Source of the DNA: an uncultured Gemmatimonadaceae bacterium
Lineage (GTDB): Bacteria; Gemmatimonadota; Gemmatimonadetes; Gemmatimonadales; Gemmatimonadaceae
Direction of reading: 5' to 3'
Length of the DNA: 64,000 bases
Assembly: GCA_963740355.1 (NCBI GenBank)
Contig: CAVUDW010000003.1
Coordinates: forward strand, 128,001-192,000
The notes beneath the pieces were generated by a model, which was not told the DNA's origin, ran no database searches, and was given only the letters and a program-made list of their open reading frames with translations. Shown here in pieces: positions 19,083-29,205 of the stretch. The translations under genes were made by a program, and so were the position numbers. The stretch's first letter is position 1; the number at the start of each line of letters is the position of its first letter.

Positions 19083-21137
19083 ATGTCCACGAATCGAATC
19101 CCGACGCCCGGCACACGATCCACCAAGCTCGCTGGCAAGAGCCGCGCATCAGCCGGTGCGATCTCGCACGGTGACAGTGCTGCCAAAGACAGCGCAGAGA
19201 GTCTCGCCCTTGCCGCCAGGGTGGCGGATCTCGAAGCGCAGGTGGCGGCGATCAACACCTCGATGGCGGTGGTCGAGTTCGATCTCGATGGCACGGTGCT
19301 CACCGCCAATGCCAACTTCCTCAGCGTGATGGGCTACACGCTGCCAGAGATCCAGGGCCGGCACCATTCGATGTTCGTGGATGAGGCATACAAGGCGAGC
19401 GCGGAATACCGCGATTTCTGGGCGAAGCTGAACCGCGGCGAATTTGACGCGGCGGAATATCGTCGTGTCGCGCGCGGTGGTCGTGAGGTCTGGATCCAGG
19501 CGTCGTACAACCCGATCCGCGACCGGTCCGGGCGCGTCGTGAAGGTCATCAAGTACGCGTCGGACATCACCAGGCAGAGCACGGCGATGGCCGATTTCGA
19601 AGGACAGGTCTCGGCCATCGGCAAGTCGAATGCGGTGATCGAGTTCAACCTCGACGGCTCGATCCTCACGGCGAACGACAATTTCCTCGGGCTGCTCGGC
19701 TACACCCTCGATGAAGTGCGAGGCCAGCACCACTCCATGTTCGTCGACGAGGCGTACCGCAACAGCAACGCCTACAAGGAGTTCTGGGCCAAGCTCAATC
19801 GCGGCGAGTACCACTCCGACGAGTTTCGCCGTATTGGCAAGGGCGGCAAGGTGTGCCACATCCAGGCGACCTACAACCCGATCCGAGGCCGCGATGGGCG
19901 CCTGGTGAAGGTGGTCAAGTACGCCACCGACAGCACGGCGCTCGTGAAAATGCGCGCCGAGATGGCGCTCTTCAAGCCGATGGTGGAGTCCGCACGAGTC
20001 AACCTGATGCTCTGCGATCTCGATTTCAACATCAAGTACATCAACCCTGCGTCACTCGAGACGCTGACCCGCATCGAGAAGCACCTGCCGGTGAAGGCCA
20101 GCCAGGTCGTCGGCAGCAAGATCGACATCTTCCACAAGGATCCCGCGCACCAACGCGCGATGTTGTCGACCGACAAGAACCTGCCGCACAACGCCAAGAT
20201 CCGCGTCGGCCCGGAGACGCTCGACCTCAACGCCGTCGCCATCTACAACGAGGCCGGTGAGTACGTCGGCCCGATGGTGAACTGGTCGGTGATCACGGAT
20301 CAGGTGCGCATGGCAGACGACTTCGAGGCCACTGTGGCGGCGATTGCAAGCGTCGTCAGTTCCTCCTCGACCGAACTCGAAGCGAGCGCCCAGGGAATGG
20401 CGGCATCGTCCGAGGAGACGACGCGCCAGGCACAGGCAGTCGCCGCCGCGTCGGAACAGGCGACGCGCAACGTGCAGACCGTGGCCAGTTCCGCCGAGGA
20501 ACTCACGGCGAGCATCCGCGAGATCGCCGGGCGCGTGCAGGAAGCGTCACAGATCTCACAGGTAGCGGTGAAGCAGGCGAGCGATACGACCGAGACGATG
20601 GCGAAGCTCGGCATCTCCTCGCAGGAGATCGGCCAGGTGGTGAAGGTCATCACGTCCATCGCACAGCAGACCAACCTGCTCGCCCTGAACGCCACGATCG
20701 AGGCCGCCCGTGCCGGCGAGGCAGGAAAGGGCTTCGCCGTGGTCGCCAACGAGGTCAAGGAGCTCGCACGCCAGACGGCGCGCGCGACGGAGGAGATTGG
20801 CAGCAAGATCGCGGGCGTCCAGAGCGAAACCGCGTCGGCCGTGACTGCCATCCGCGAAATCACGAGCGTGATCAACAAGATCAACGAGATCTCGACCACC
20901 ATCGCGGGGGCCGTCGAAGAACAGAACGCGGCCACCAGCGAGATCTCGCGCAATGTCGGCGAAGCCGCCCGCGGCACGGCGGAGGTCAGTTCGAGCATCT
21001 CGACGGTCACGATGGTGGCCGCGGAAGGGGGCCGCACCGCCGAGAACATCCGCACGGCGGCGGGTGGCTTGTCGGTGGAGTCGGAGCGGCTGAACAGTGC
21101 GGTGACCGACTTCCTCACCAAGCTGCGGAAGATCTGA
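19083..21137 (+). CDS. Soluble triple-PAS methyl-accepting chemotaxis protein
   Basis: Two repeated PAS domains (HHSMFVD...FWAKLNRGE), a third Aer2-like PAS ([10 protein letters not shown]), MCP tip [30 protein letters not shown]; no TM segment. Confidence 0.92.
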   Translation: MSTNRIPTPGTRSTKLAGKSRASAGAISHGDSAAKDSAESLALAARVADLEAQVAAINTSMAVVEFDLDGTVLTANANFLSVMGYTLPEIQGRHHSMFVDEAYKASAEYRDFWAKLNRGEFDAAEYRRVARGGREVWIQASYNPIRDRSGRVVKVIKYASDITRQSTAMADFEGQVSAIGKSNAVIEFNLDGSILTANDNFLGLLGYTLDEVRGQHHSMFVDEAYRNSNAYKEFWAKLNRGEYHSDEFRRIGKGGKVCHIQATYNPIRGRDGRLVKVVKYATDSTALVKMRAEMALFKPMVESARVNLMLCDLDFNIKYINPASLETLTRIEKHLPVKASQVVGSKIDIFHKDPAHQRAMLSTDKNLPHNAKIRVGPETLDLNAVAIYNEAGEYVGPMVNWSVITDQVRMADDFEATVAAIASVVSSSSTELEASAQGMAASSEETTRQAQAVAAASEQATRNVQTVASSAEELTASIREIAGRVQEASQISQVAVKQASDTTETMAKLGISSQEIGQVVKVITSIAQQTNLLALNATIEAARAGEAGKGFAVVANEVKELARQTARATEEIGSKIAGVQSETASAVTAIREITSVINKINEISTTIAGAVEEQNAATSEISRNVGEAARGTAEVSSSISTVTMVAAEGGRTAENIRTAAGGLSVESERLNSAVTDFLTKLRKI

Positions 21138-21139
21138 CC

Positions 21140-21508
21140 ATGAAGCGCATTCTGGTGATCGATGATTCGGGGACCATCCGGAAGGCCATTCGCCGCATTC
21201 TGGAGCAGCTGAACTATGCGGTGACGGAGGCGGAGGATGGCGAGCAGGCACTGCACGTGCTTGCCGTGGGCGACAGGTTCGACGCCGTCCTCTGCGACAT
21301 CGACATGCCGAACATGGATGGCTTGCAGTTCCTGAGCGCTGTCTCGGCGCGACCGGCGCTGCTCCCGCCACCGATCATCATGTGCACGACGCACACCTCG
21401 TTCGACAAGATCCAGACCGCGCTCACGCTTGGGGCCTCCGAGTACATCATGAAGCCCTTCGACGCCACGATCATCGGCTCGAAGCTCGAGGCGTGCGGGG
21501 TTCTGTGA
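21140..21508 (+). CDS. cheY: Single-domain response regulator
   Basis: VIDD, DIDMPNMDG, KPF; position in che operon. Confidence 0.9.
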   Translation: MKRILVIDDSGTIRKAIRRILEQLNYAVTEAEDGEQALHVLAVGDRFDAVLCDIDMPNMDGLQFLSAVSARPALLPPPIIMCTTHTSFDKIQTALTLGASEYIMKPFDATIIGSKLEACGVL

Positions 21509-22593
21509 GCGTGCACGCCGACCCTATCCGTGTGCTGATCGTCGACGACAGCGCGGTGATTCGTGGCGCGCTTGGGCGCATCATCGACGCCGAGGCCGAC
21601 ATGACCGTGGCCACCACTGCACCGAACGGCAAGGTGGCGCTCGACGCGCTGCGGCACACCAAGATCGATGTCGTGCTGCTGGATGTCGAAATGCCGGAGA
21701 TGGATGGGTTGACGGCGCTGCCGTTGATCCTCGCCGCCTACCCCGACACGCGCGTGATCATGGCCAGTTCGCTCACGCAACGCGGGGCGGAGGTCACGAT
21801 GCATGCCCTCGCGATGGGTGCGGCGGACTACATCGCGAAGCCGGCGGCGAAGTCGGGCTCGGCGACCCTCGCCGCAATCAGCACCGAGATCGCCTCGAAG
21901 GTCCGAGCGATCGGGCGTGCTGCGCGTGGACGCCGGCCGGTGGTGGTCGGCGCGGCGAGACCGGCCTCACCTGCGCGCACCGAGCTCCTTGCCGCGCGCA
22001 GCAGTGACGCCCCGCCCCGGATCGTGGCCATCGCCTCGAGCACCGGTGGCCCCAATGCCCTGGCCGACGTGTTGTCCGCACTCCCGAAGGACTTCCCCCT
22101 GCCGATCCTGATCACACAACACATGCCTGCCGTCTTCACTGGCCTGCTCGCCTCGCGGCTCGAGCGCGACACCGGACGCACCTGCGTGGAAGCGAAGGAT
22201 GGCGACCTGATTCGTGCGAACTGCACCTACGTGGCCCCGGGCGAACACCACATGGTCGTCCTCACGAACGAAGGGCAACCATTTGTCCGACTGACGAAGA
22301 CGGAGCCTGAAAACTTCTGTCGTCCCTCTGCCGACCCAATGCTGCGTTCGATCGCGGCCGTCTATGGCGCATCGACGCTGGCGATCGTGCTGACCGGGAT
22401 GGGGGAGGATGGTTTGCGCGGCTGCGAGGAGGTGAAGCATCGCGGCGGTCGCATCCTGGTGCAGGATGAGGCGACCAGTGTGGTCTGGGGCATGCCTGGT
22501 GCCGTGGCGAACGCGGGGCTCGCATCCGCCGTGCTTCCATTGTCGAAGGTCGCCAACGCCATCATGGCCCAGTGTGGAGCGCTGGCCGCATGA
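21505..22593 (+). CDS. cheB: Chemotaxis methylesterase
   Basis: Receiver domain plus ASSTGGP, QHMP, LTGMGEDG, VWGMP; GTG start overlaps the cheY stop. Confidence 0.95.
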   Translation: MSVHADPIRVLIVDDSAVIRGALGRIIDAEADMTVATTAPNGKVALDALRHTKIDVVLLDVEMPEMDGLTALPLILAAYPDTRVIMASSLTQRGAEVTMHALAMGAADYIAKPAAKSGSATLAAISTEIASKVRAIGRAARGRRPVVVGAARPASPARTELLAARSSDAPPRIVAIASSTGGPNALADVLSALPKDFPLPILITQHMPAVFTGLLASRLERDTGRTCVEAKDGDLIRANCTYVAPGEHHMVVLTNEGQPFVRLTKTEPENFCRPSADPMLRSIAAVYGASTLAIVLTGMGEDGLRGCEEVKHRGGRILVQDEATSVVWGMPGAVANAGLASAVLPLSKVANAIMAQCGALAA

Positions 22594-23441
22594 TCACCCC
22601 CGACGAGTATGCCTTCCTTGGCGAGCTGCTGAAGAAGCACAGCGGCCTCGCACTTGGCCCCGGCAAGGAGTACCTGATCGAGAGTCGACTGCCGCCAGTG
22701 GCCGTCACGTATGGCCACGCGGACGTCACCGCGCTGATCGCGGCACTGCGCAAGGGGGCGCCAGCGGCCGTCGTGAAGAACGTGTGCGACGCGATGACGA
22801 CGAACGAGACGCTATTCTTCCGTGACAACAAGCCATTTGTCGCGCTCGAGAAGGAGATCCTGCCGGCGGCCGCCCGCCGCGCGCGCGAGCAGGGTCGGCC
22901 GGTGCGCATCTGGTGTGCGGCCAGCTCCACCGGTCAGGAGCCGTACTCGATCGCGATGATCGTCGCTCAGACGGAGTCGCAGTTGGGTGGTGCAAAGGTC
23001 GAGATCATCGCCACCGACTACTCCGCCGCAGCGCTGGCGCGCGCGAAGTCTGGCGTGTACAACCAGTTCGAGGTGCAGCGCGGGCTGCCGGTAACGCACC
23101 TGATGAAGTACTTCACGCCAGTGCCTGAGGGTTTCGAGCTGAAGCCGGAGATTCGCAATCGGGTGCAATACCAGGAGATCAACCTCCTCGATCCGTTTCC
23201 GGCGTACTGGCAGTTCGACATCATCTTCTGTCGCAATGTGCTGATCTACTTCGATGTGCCGACGAAGAAGGACGTCATCGACCGCATGGCGCGGACGATG
23301 ACGCGAGGGGCGAGCCTCTTTCTCGGCGGAACGGAGAGCACACTCGGTATCACCGATTCCGTGGTGCGCGTTCCGAACCACCCGTCAGGCGTCTTTTGCA
23401 AGCCGAACGAACTCGAGTTGCACACCTCGATCGCAGCCTGA
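22590..23441 (+). CDS. cheR: Chemotaxis methyltransferase
   Basis: TTNETLFFRD, IWCAASSTGQEPYS, FCRNVLIYF. Confidence 0.95.
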   Translation: MITPDEYAFLGELLKKHSGLALGPGKEYLIESRLPPVAVTYGHADVTALIAALRKGAPAAVVKNVCDAMTTNETLFFRDNKPFVALEKEILPAAARRAREQGRPVRIWCAASSTGQEPYSIAMIVAQTESQLGGAKVEIIATDYSAAALARAKSGVYNQFEVQRGLPVTHLMKYFTPVPEGFELKPEIRNRVQYQEINLLDPFPAYWQFDIIFCRNVLIYFDVPTKKDVIDRMARTMTRGASLFLGGTESTLGITDSVVRVPNHPSGVFCKPNELELHTSIAA

Positions 23442-23469
23442 CGCGCGTTCCAGCCACCGCACCAACGAC

Positions 23470-23501
23470 GACGCGCGACGGAAAGCATCCCGTCGCGCGT
23501 C
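23470..23501. terminator. Hairpin between convergent genes after cheR
   Basis: 12-bp arms GACGCGCGACGG and CCGTCGCGCGTC, 8-nt loop. Confidence 0.55.
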
Positions 23502-23549
23502 ATGTCGTTCGTCACCGCTACTCGAGAGTGGCGGGGTGTGAGTCTGGCG

Positions 23550-23864
23550 CTATTCGAGCCAGACCGTCACCTGCCGGTTGGGCTCGTCGAGCGTGAAGAT
23601 GGAGCGAGGATAGAGGACCTCCTGTCGATTGAGGTCCTCGGTGATGGCATCGAGCGGTATTTGCTCGGCCCGAATCTTCGTGACTACATCAGCAGGGATC
23701 AGTTCGATCAGCCATTTGGCACTGCGCGACGGCAGGGCTACCCGCACCCGCTCCTCACCATCGCGCACGACGCGGACCATCAGGTTCTTTGCCGGCGTGC
23801 CGGGCTCCGCCTTGGTGCCGGCGGAGAAGAAGCTGCGAACCCAGGTGTAGGGGCAGGCTGACAT
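23550..23864 (-). CDS. Hypothetical protein (104 aa)
   Basis: Protein-like composition from MSACPYTW; fills the gap between cheR and the thioesterase gene. Confidence 0.6.
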   Translation of the reverse strand: MSACPYTWVRSFFSAGTKAEPGTPAKNLMVRVVRDGEERVRVALPSRSAKWLIELIPADVVTKIRAEQIPLDAITEDLNRQEVLYPRSIFTLDEPNRQVTVWLE

Positions 23865-24087
23865 GCGGAATCCAGGGCTGAATGGTACGGGTGACGTGTC
23901 CGCGATCACGAGGAGAGTATCGTCACACTCACACCGATCGGTGAGCTGAATTCCGTGACGAATGATCAGCGCCTGCTGGGCTTCGAATGCTGCCACGCGC
24001 CGACTCGACGCCGGGTGCGAGTGCCAGCGATATTACGCGTGTCACACCATGTGATCGCCACAGCCGCTCTCGTCACTTTCGTGCACC

Positions 24088-25149
24088 ATGAATCTTTGGT
24101 TCCGCCTCATCTGGCTGTGGATCGTCGGCCGCTCGCGAACGCCGGTGCACTCACTCGGCCCGTGCCGAACACCCTTTCGTGTCAGCCTGTTCGACCTCGA
24201 CCTGTTTCGTCACATGAACAACGGTCGGTACTTCACCATCATGGACCTCGCACGGGTCGACCTCATGCACCGCTCGGGAACACTGGTGAAGCTCAATCGC
24301 GCGGGGCTTTATCCGGTGGTGACAGCCGAGTCGTTGATCTTCCGCAAGTCACTGAACTGGCGTCAACGATTCGAGATCGAATCGGAAGTCGTCGCATGGG
24401 ATGAGAAATCGATCGTGATGTCGCAGCGATTCTTCATTGGCTCGGACGAGGTGGCTGGTGCACTTGTGCAGGCACGCTTCCTTCGTCGCAGTGGTGGCAG
24501 TGTCCCAACCGCGGAACTGCTTGCGCTTCTTGGCGAGGAGATCCCGCATCCCCCCAAGCCCGCGTGGCTCGACGACTGGATGACGCTGTTCGGGAGTGGG
24601 ATCCCTCGCGCCGTTCGCGCGGCCTCGATGATACTGGCCCTGTCGATAGCGCTGCCTGGATGCGGGCATCCGCCTGCCTTCTCCCCCGCCCCGTTACCCA
24701 ACATCTCCCGAAGCGAGACGAGAATGCCGACAGACGACGCGATCTCAGCGATCGCCAGTGCGCGCGCGCGGTCGAATGCCGCCATCGCGGCGCACGACAC
24801 GAGTGCGATCGCACAAGAGTGGATGCCCGACATTCATGTCACGTCATCCACCAGCTCGCAAACCGCGGGCGCGGATGCAAATGTGCGTGCCATGGCCGCG
24901 CAGTTTGCACGCCGCCCCGACACCAAGTGGGTACGCACCCCACGAACGATCCGAGTCTTTGGAGCATGGAATGTCGGCGCCGAAGAAGGGGACTGGGTCG
25001 GGACCTGGACAGATCCGGATGGCGCGATTCGCGTCACCGGGACGTACCTCGCGCAGTGGCGCTTCACGGACGGTCGGTGGCGGATTCAGGCGGAGGTGTT
25101 CGTTCCGCTGGCCTGCGAAGGGGGTGCCTACTGCCGACAACATCCGTGA
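24088..25149 (+). CDS. Acyl-CoA thioesterase (hot-dog fold) in frame with an NTF2/SnoaL-like (DUF4440-like) domain
   Basis: DLDLFRHMNNGRY thioesterase motif; C-terminal SNAAIAAHD...GTYLAQWRFTDGRWRIQAE NTF2-like domain. Confidence 0.7.
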   Translation: MNLWFRLIWLWIVGRSRTPVHSLGPCRTPFRVSLFDLDLFRHMNNGRYFTIMDLARVDLMHRSGTLVKLNRAGLYPVVTAESLIFRKSLNWRQRFEIESEVVAWDEKSIVMSQRFFIGSDEVAGALVQARFLRRSGGSVPTAELLALLGEEIPHPPKPAWLDDWMTLFGSGIPRAVRAASMILALSIALPGCGHPPAFSPAPLPNISRSETRMPTDDAISAIASARARSNAAIAAHDTSAIAQEWMPDIHVTSSTSSQTAGADANVRAMAAQFARRPDTKWVRTPRTIRVFGAWNVGAEEGDWVGTWTDPDGAIRVTGTYLAQWRFTDGRWRIQAEVFVPLACEGGAYCRQHP

Positions 25150-25206
25150 GCCATGGTGGCACCCTGCCCTGATGTCCGCTGCTGGTGATGCGTGTGATGT
25201 GTCGAA

Positions 25207-26070
25207 CTACACGATCACCGATCGCACGGACAGCAGCGGGTCGATCAGGGTCGCATCGCCGTCCACGGATATTGCGCGTGCGGCAGTGTCTCGGTCGAGC
25301 GCATTGTAGAAGAGGCGCCAGAAATCGTCGGCGCTGAGTGTTGCTGATGCGTCTGGTGCCGGCACCGTGCCGGCGAACAGCCCCCAATGGCTTTCCTCGC
25401 GAACGAGCGTCCAGTGCGCCGTCGTTTCGCCGGTCACGCCAAGCGTGATGCTTGTTCCTGCCGCGGCCGTACGATTCGCGTACGCGACGGGCAATGCACG
25501 CGCGGAAAAATCGAGCAGGGGCTCGAACCACCGAGGGGCGAGCAACTGTTCGGCGCCGACGGCGTCACGGATTTGCGCTTGATGGTGCCAGCGCTCGGTG
25601 TATTCCCGCCCGGTATCCATCCAGTTTGCCGATTGCGCCTCCCCCGCCCAGCTCACAGGCCAGCGAGACGGGGCGTACGGATCGAGCGCCGCCACCACGG
25701 ACGCTGCCCAGCCGCCGCTGATCTCGAGCAGGTCGACCATCACGCGCGGACTCAACCGCCTCGAAAAGGCCACGCCTGTTGCGTTGACCTGATTGATGAA
25801 TTTTGCCAGATCGCCGGCATCGGTGATCGGCGATTCGGCGGGGAGCTGATGGTCGTCGCGAAAGACGGACACCTTGCGCAGCTCACCATCGAGCAAATGG
25901 GCCACGACGTCGCGCACGAGCCACGGTCCGGCGACGGTCGGGCGATCCCAGTCGGTCGGCGACAGTGCACGCAACATCGTCAGCAGCTCCCCCTGCAGCG
26001 GCAGGAACAGCTGAGCGACGTGGCGAGGGCCGAGCTTGTGGAGGCCGTGACTCGGTGCGTTGTCTGTCAC
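25207..26070 (-). CDS. Maleylpyruvate-isomerase N-terminal (DinB superfamily) protein
   Basis: WDRPT..W.VRDVVAHL and ERWHHQAQIRDA metal-binding motifs. Confidence 0.85.
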   Translation of the reverse strand: MTDNAPSHGLHKLGPRHVAQLFLPLQGELLTMLRALSPTDWDRPTVAGPWLVRDVVAHLLDGELRKVSVFRDDHQLPAESPITDAGDLAKFINQVNATGVAFSRRLSPRVMVDLLEISGGWAASVVAALDPYAPSRWPVSWAGEAQSANWMDTGREYTERWHHQAQIRDAVGAEQLLAPRWFEPLLDFSARALPVAYANRTAAAGTSITLGVTGETTAHWTLVREESHWGLFAGTVPAPDASATLSADDFWRLFYNALDRDTAARAISVDGDATLIDPLLSVRSVIV

Positions 26071-26124
26071 AGGAGGCCCACAAAGGGTGATTGGGCGTGC
26101 AGCGAGTAATCGCTACGGATGAGC

Positions 26125-26152
26125 TGTCAGGCGAAACCCGATGATAGTCGGG
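26125..26152. promoter_or_regulatory. Operator-like palindrome upstream of the USP gene
   Basis: TGTCAGG-CGAAA-CCCGATG at 26125-26143 plus AGTCGGG half-site at 26146-26152. Confidence 0.65.
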
Positions 26153-26208
26153 TGGCCCGGCTCGCAACTTCAACTCGTACCGTTTGATACCCTACGCTGG
26201 AGCCACGC

Positions 26209-27501
26209 ATGTCGACGTCTATGCACGCTACACCGGAAACGCTGGAAGCTCTCGAGCCGACGCTTCTTCCGGACGGTCCGATTCTCGTCGGCACCGACAC
26301 CGCCCCTGATTCCGATGCGGCCTTTCCGCTGGCAGCCGCCCTCGCAGCCCGAGCCAAGGTCGAGGCGATCGCCTTGACGGTGGTCGAACCGACCAACCTG
26401 CCGATCTACGGCGTGGATGGTATGGTGGTCTCGATGGAGACCGCTGCCGAGACCGAGTCGGCGCGCGAGTCAGCCACCCGTGCGCAGCTGACACGGATGG
26501 TCGCGGCCAACGCCGCGTGGCCGATCGTCGTCAAGACGGGCGAGCCAGCCCGCGAAATCGCCTCGGCCGCGGACAAGATGCACGCACGACTGGTGGTCGT
26601 CGGGCGAGGACGGCACCGTGGCATCGACCGCCTCTTCGGCGGTGAATCGGTGCTGCGAATGGTGCAGCTGGGTGATTCCCCGGTGCTCGCGGTCGAGGAG
26701 GGCCTGACCTCACCGCCGCGCCGCGTCGTGATCGCCACCGATTTCAGTCCATTCAGCCTCTACGCGGCGCAGGTCGCCATGAGTGTCGTGGCACCCGACG
26801 CAACGGTGTGGTTGCTGCATGTTGGCCCCCCGTTCGACGAAACCGTCCCCTACCTGAAGGAGCGCGCTGACGCATATCGCGAACAGTCGGCGGTGGCGTT
26901 CACGCGAATGAAGGCACTCCTGAACCGCAGTCGCGCGACGTTCCAGAGTGTGGTGCTCACCGGGAGCGCTCCCGACCAGCTGCTGAAGTACCTGGAAGAC
27001 CAGAAGGCCGACCTGGTCGTGACGGCAACACACGGATACGGGTTCATCCGGCGCATGGTGCTTGGGAGCGTTGCGGCGACGCTGATCCGGAACGCGCCCT
27101 GCTCGGTGCTGGTCGTCCCCGGTTCGGCGCGCACGATTGCGGCGGCACGTGCGCGCACGGCGCCGAATGCGCGGACACGCACATTCACCGCAGACTCGTT
27201 CGATGCAGAACTGGCAGCGTTCACATCCCGAAATGCTGGTCGACGTTGCCTGGTGGAGGTCGACCAGGATGATCTCGGAGCCCAGGTGCTTGGGCACGAG
27301 TTGCAGCTCGTCGGCGCAACCTACGATCGGCACGACAGCGGCGTCGCGCTGATGTTCGGCACCTCGACGCTGAAGGGACTCCATCTCACGCATGCGATCA
27401 CGGGCGTGACGGAGATCGACCTCGCGAGCAACGCCGGCGGGGAAGATCAGGTCCTGCGCATAGTCAACGCGAGCGGCCAGACCCTCGTGACGCTGTCCTG
27501 A
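26209..27501 (+). CDS. Tandem-domain universal stress protein with an extra C-terminal domain
   Basis: Two USP domains (ILVGTD...GGESVLR; VIATDFS...LGSVAATLIRNAPCSVLVV) plus about 110 aa C-terminal beta domain. Confidence 0.9.
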   Translation: MSTSMHATPETLEALEPTLLPDGPILVGTDTAPDSDAAFPLAAALAARAKVEAIALTVVEPTNLPIYGVDGMVVSMETAAETESARESATRAQLTRMVAANAAWPIVVKTGEPAREIASAADKMHARLVVVGRGRHRGIDRLFGGESVLRMVQLGDSPVLAVEEGLTSPPRRVVIATDFSPFSLYAAQVAMSVVAPDATVWLLHVGPPFDETVPYLKERADAYREQSAVAFTRMKALLNRSRATFQSVVLTGSAPDQLLKYLEDQKADLVVTATHGYGFIRRMVLGSVAATLIRNAPCSVLVVPGSARTIAAARARTAPNARTRTFTADSFDAELAAFTSRNAGRRCLVEVDQDDLGAQVLGHELQLVGATYDRHDSGVALMFGTSTLKGLHLTHAITGVTEIDLASNAGGEDQVLRIVNASGQTLVTLS

Positions 27502-27509
27502 TCAGCGCA

Positions 27510-28304
27510 TCACCGTGATGGCGGCTCCATCACGAATCGAAGCAGCGTCGGAACGGCGCAGCCAGCAACTCTCGCCGGCTGCGCCGTCATGCCCTTGAGC
27601 CGGTCGAGGAGCTGCGCCGCATAGCTCGGATCGGCAAGGGTGTACAGATCCACGGAGCCACGGCGCACCGTGCCTTGCGCCTCGATGATTGCAATGGCCT
27701 GCACCAGCGATCGCGCGTCACGGGTCGAGTCGGCCGCGGTGGCCGGCAGCGCGCCGGAGAAATTGCGATAGACCGGGAGCTGGAGCTCAGCCACATCCAT
27801 CCCGGCACGCAACGAATCGCCAACACCGAAGAACAGTTCGGCGACCAGTGAGATCTCGCGTCCCATGGTCGGTGGAAATGGCGCGAACGCCCGCTGGGAG
27901 CCGGCAGCCATCACGCCAGCCGCCAGGCTCGCATCGAGCGCGTCGGAGCCAGACCGCGACAACATGCCACGAATCTTCGCGGTCCCGTCAGACCGTGCAT
28001 CGAACAACAGGGTCGAGCGTGCCGTCACTGTTGCCGTGCCGGGCTCTCGGCCACCGACATAGGCAGCGAAAGCGAGATTCGGCGGCACAATGAAGCCTTG
28101 CCGAAGTCCATCCAACGCAGCCAGCGCCCACGTCGAGGGCAAGGGCGCAGACAAATCCGCGCGCCGCAGGAATACCCGCATCGTATCCAGCTGCATGCCG
28201 ACGGGCGCACGCAATGCCGCGGAGTCACAGGAGACGTTCGGTGCCTGGCCACGGGCGGACGTGGCGATCACGATCGACAGTGCGACTAGAATTGAAGCTT
28301 TCAT
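27510..28304 (-). CDS. Secreted hypothetical protein, possibly TonB-C-terminal-like
   Basis: Signal peptide MKASILVALSIVIATSARG; RSGSDALDAS...FAPFP segment resembles TonB_C. Confidence 0.55.
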   Translation of the reverse strand: MKASILVALSIVIATSARGQAPNVSCDSAALRAPVGMQLDTMRVFLRRADLSAPLPSTWALAALDGLRQGFIVPPNLAFAAYVGGREPGTATVTARSTLLFDARSDGTAKIRGMLSRSGSDALDASLAAGVMAAGSQRAFAPFPPTMGREISLVAELFFGVGDSLRAGMDVAELQLPVYRNFSGALPATAADSTRDARSLVQAIAIIEAQGTVRRGSVDLYTLADPSYAAQLLDRLKGMTAQPARVAGCAVPTLLRFVMEPPSR

Positions 28305-28383
28305 GCTCCCAAAGTACGCCACACCGTCAGCCAACCGTCAATCCGGTCGAAAGGTCAGCCGTCGATGCCAGGCACGCCTGCCG

Positions 28384-29205
28384 CTACGCGCCGGCCTTCA
28401 CGAATCGCAGCGGCTTGTCGCTGCCGGAATAGGTGATCAGCAGCGTGCTCCCCTGCACCTCGAAGCGCTGTGCTTGCTCGAGCGCCTTGAAGTACTTGGT
28501 CTCCTGATCCATGACCGCCGGCGTGCAGGCCATCCGGGTCGCGCCGAGCGCGCCAAACGTGATCATCTGGCCGGTGATCGTCGACGAGCCGAAGAACCGA
28601 TTGCAGGAGCCCTTCCCCGACACCCTTCCATCGGCTGCGAACTCGAGTGTCGCTTCGATGCGATCGACGACGCCGGCCCCTCCGAGATCCTCGAGGCGCC
28701 ATGCGGTGCCGGCGAGCGGAGTGCCGGCGCCAGCCGGGGAATCCGGTACGCTGCGCGAGACGAGGATGTTCACGTTGCCCGTGTTGCCGCCGGTGATGAC
28801 GGCGTATTCCTGCGTCGACGCGTAGAGCATCTCTCCACCCGACCGGATTGCAGCCTTGACGGCATACTTGTGGTCTGCCGCAATGCGCGATGGATCGTAG
28901 GTGACCTCGAACGGGATCGGCACCTGTCGACCGTTCGTCGACACCTTCGCCTCACCCACCAGCGCCATGGTCATCATCAGTCCTGGCGTCACGTCTGTGA
29001 TCCAGACTTCCACCACGGACTCTGGCGGCAAGGCCGAGCGATCGCGATAGGCCACCGTGCCGCGCACCACCGCAGATCCGGGCGTTGGCGTCACCTGAGG
29101 CGAGACTGGAGGGGTCATTTGTCCGCTGGGCTGCGCGCAACCGATCAGTGCGCCGGTCGCCACGACGATCAAGCGCTGAAGGGACTGCGGAAGACGAGTG
29201 GTCAT
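28384..29205 (-). CDS. Lipoprotein with YbaY-like and META (HslJ) domains
   Basis: Lipobox LIGC, GTVAYRDRSALPP and QVPIPFE (YbaY-like), GSCNRFFG and TRMAC (META). Confidence 0.88.
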   Translation of the reverse strand: MTTRLPQSLQRLIVVATGALIGCAQPSGQMTPPVSPQVTPTPGSAVVRGTVAYRDRSALPPESVVEVWITDVTPGLMMTMALVGEAKVSTNGRQVPIPFEVTYDPSRIAADHKYAVKAAIRSGGEMLYASTQEYAVITGGNTGNVNILVSRSVPDSPAGAGTPLAGTAWRLEDLGGAGVVDRIEATLEFAADGRVSGKGSCNRFFGSSTITGQMITFGALGATRMACTPAVMDQETKYFKALEQAQRFEVQGSTLLITYSGSDKPLRFVKAGA

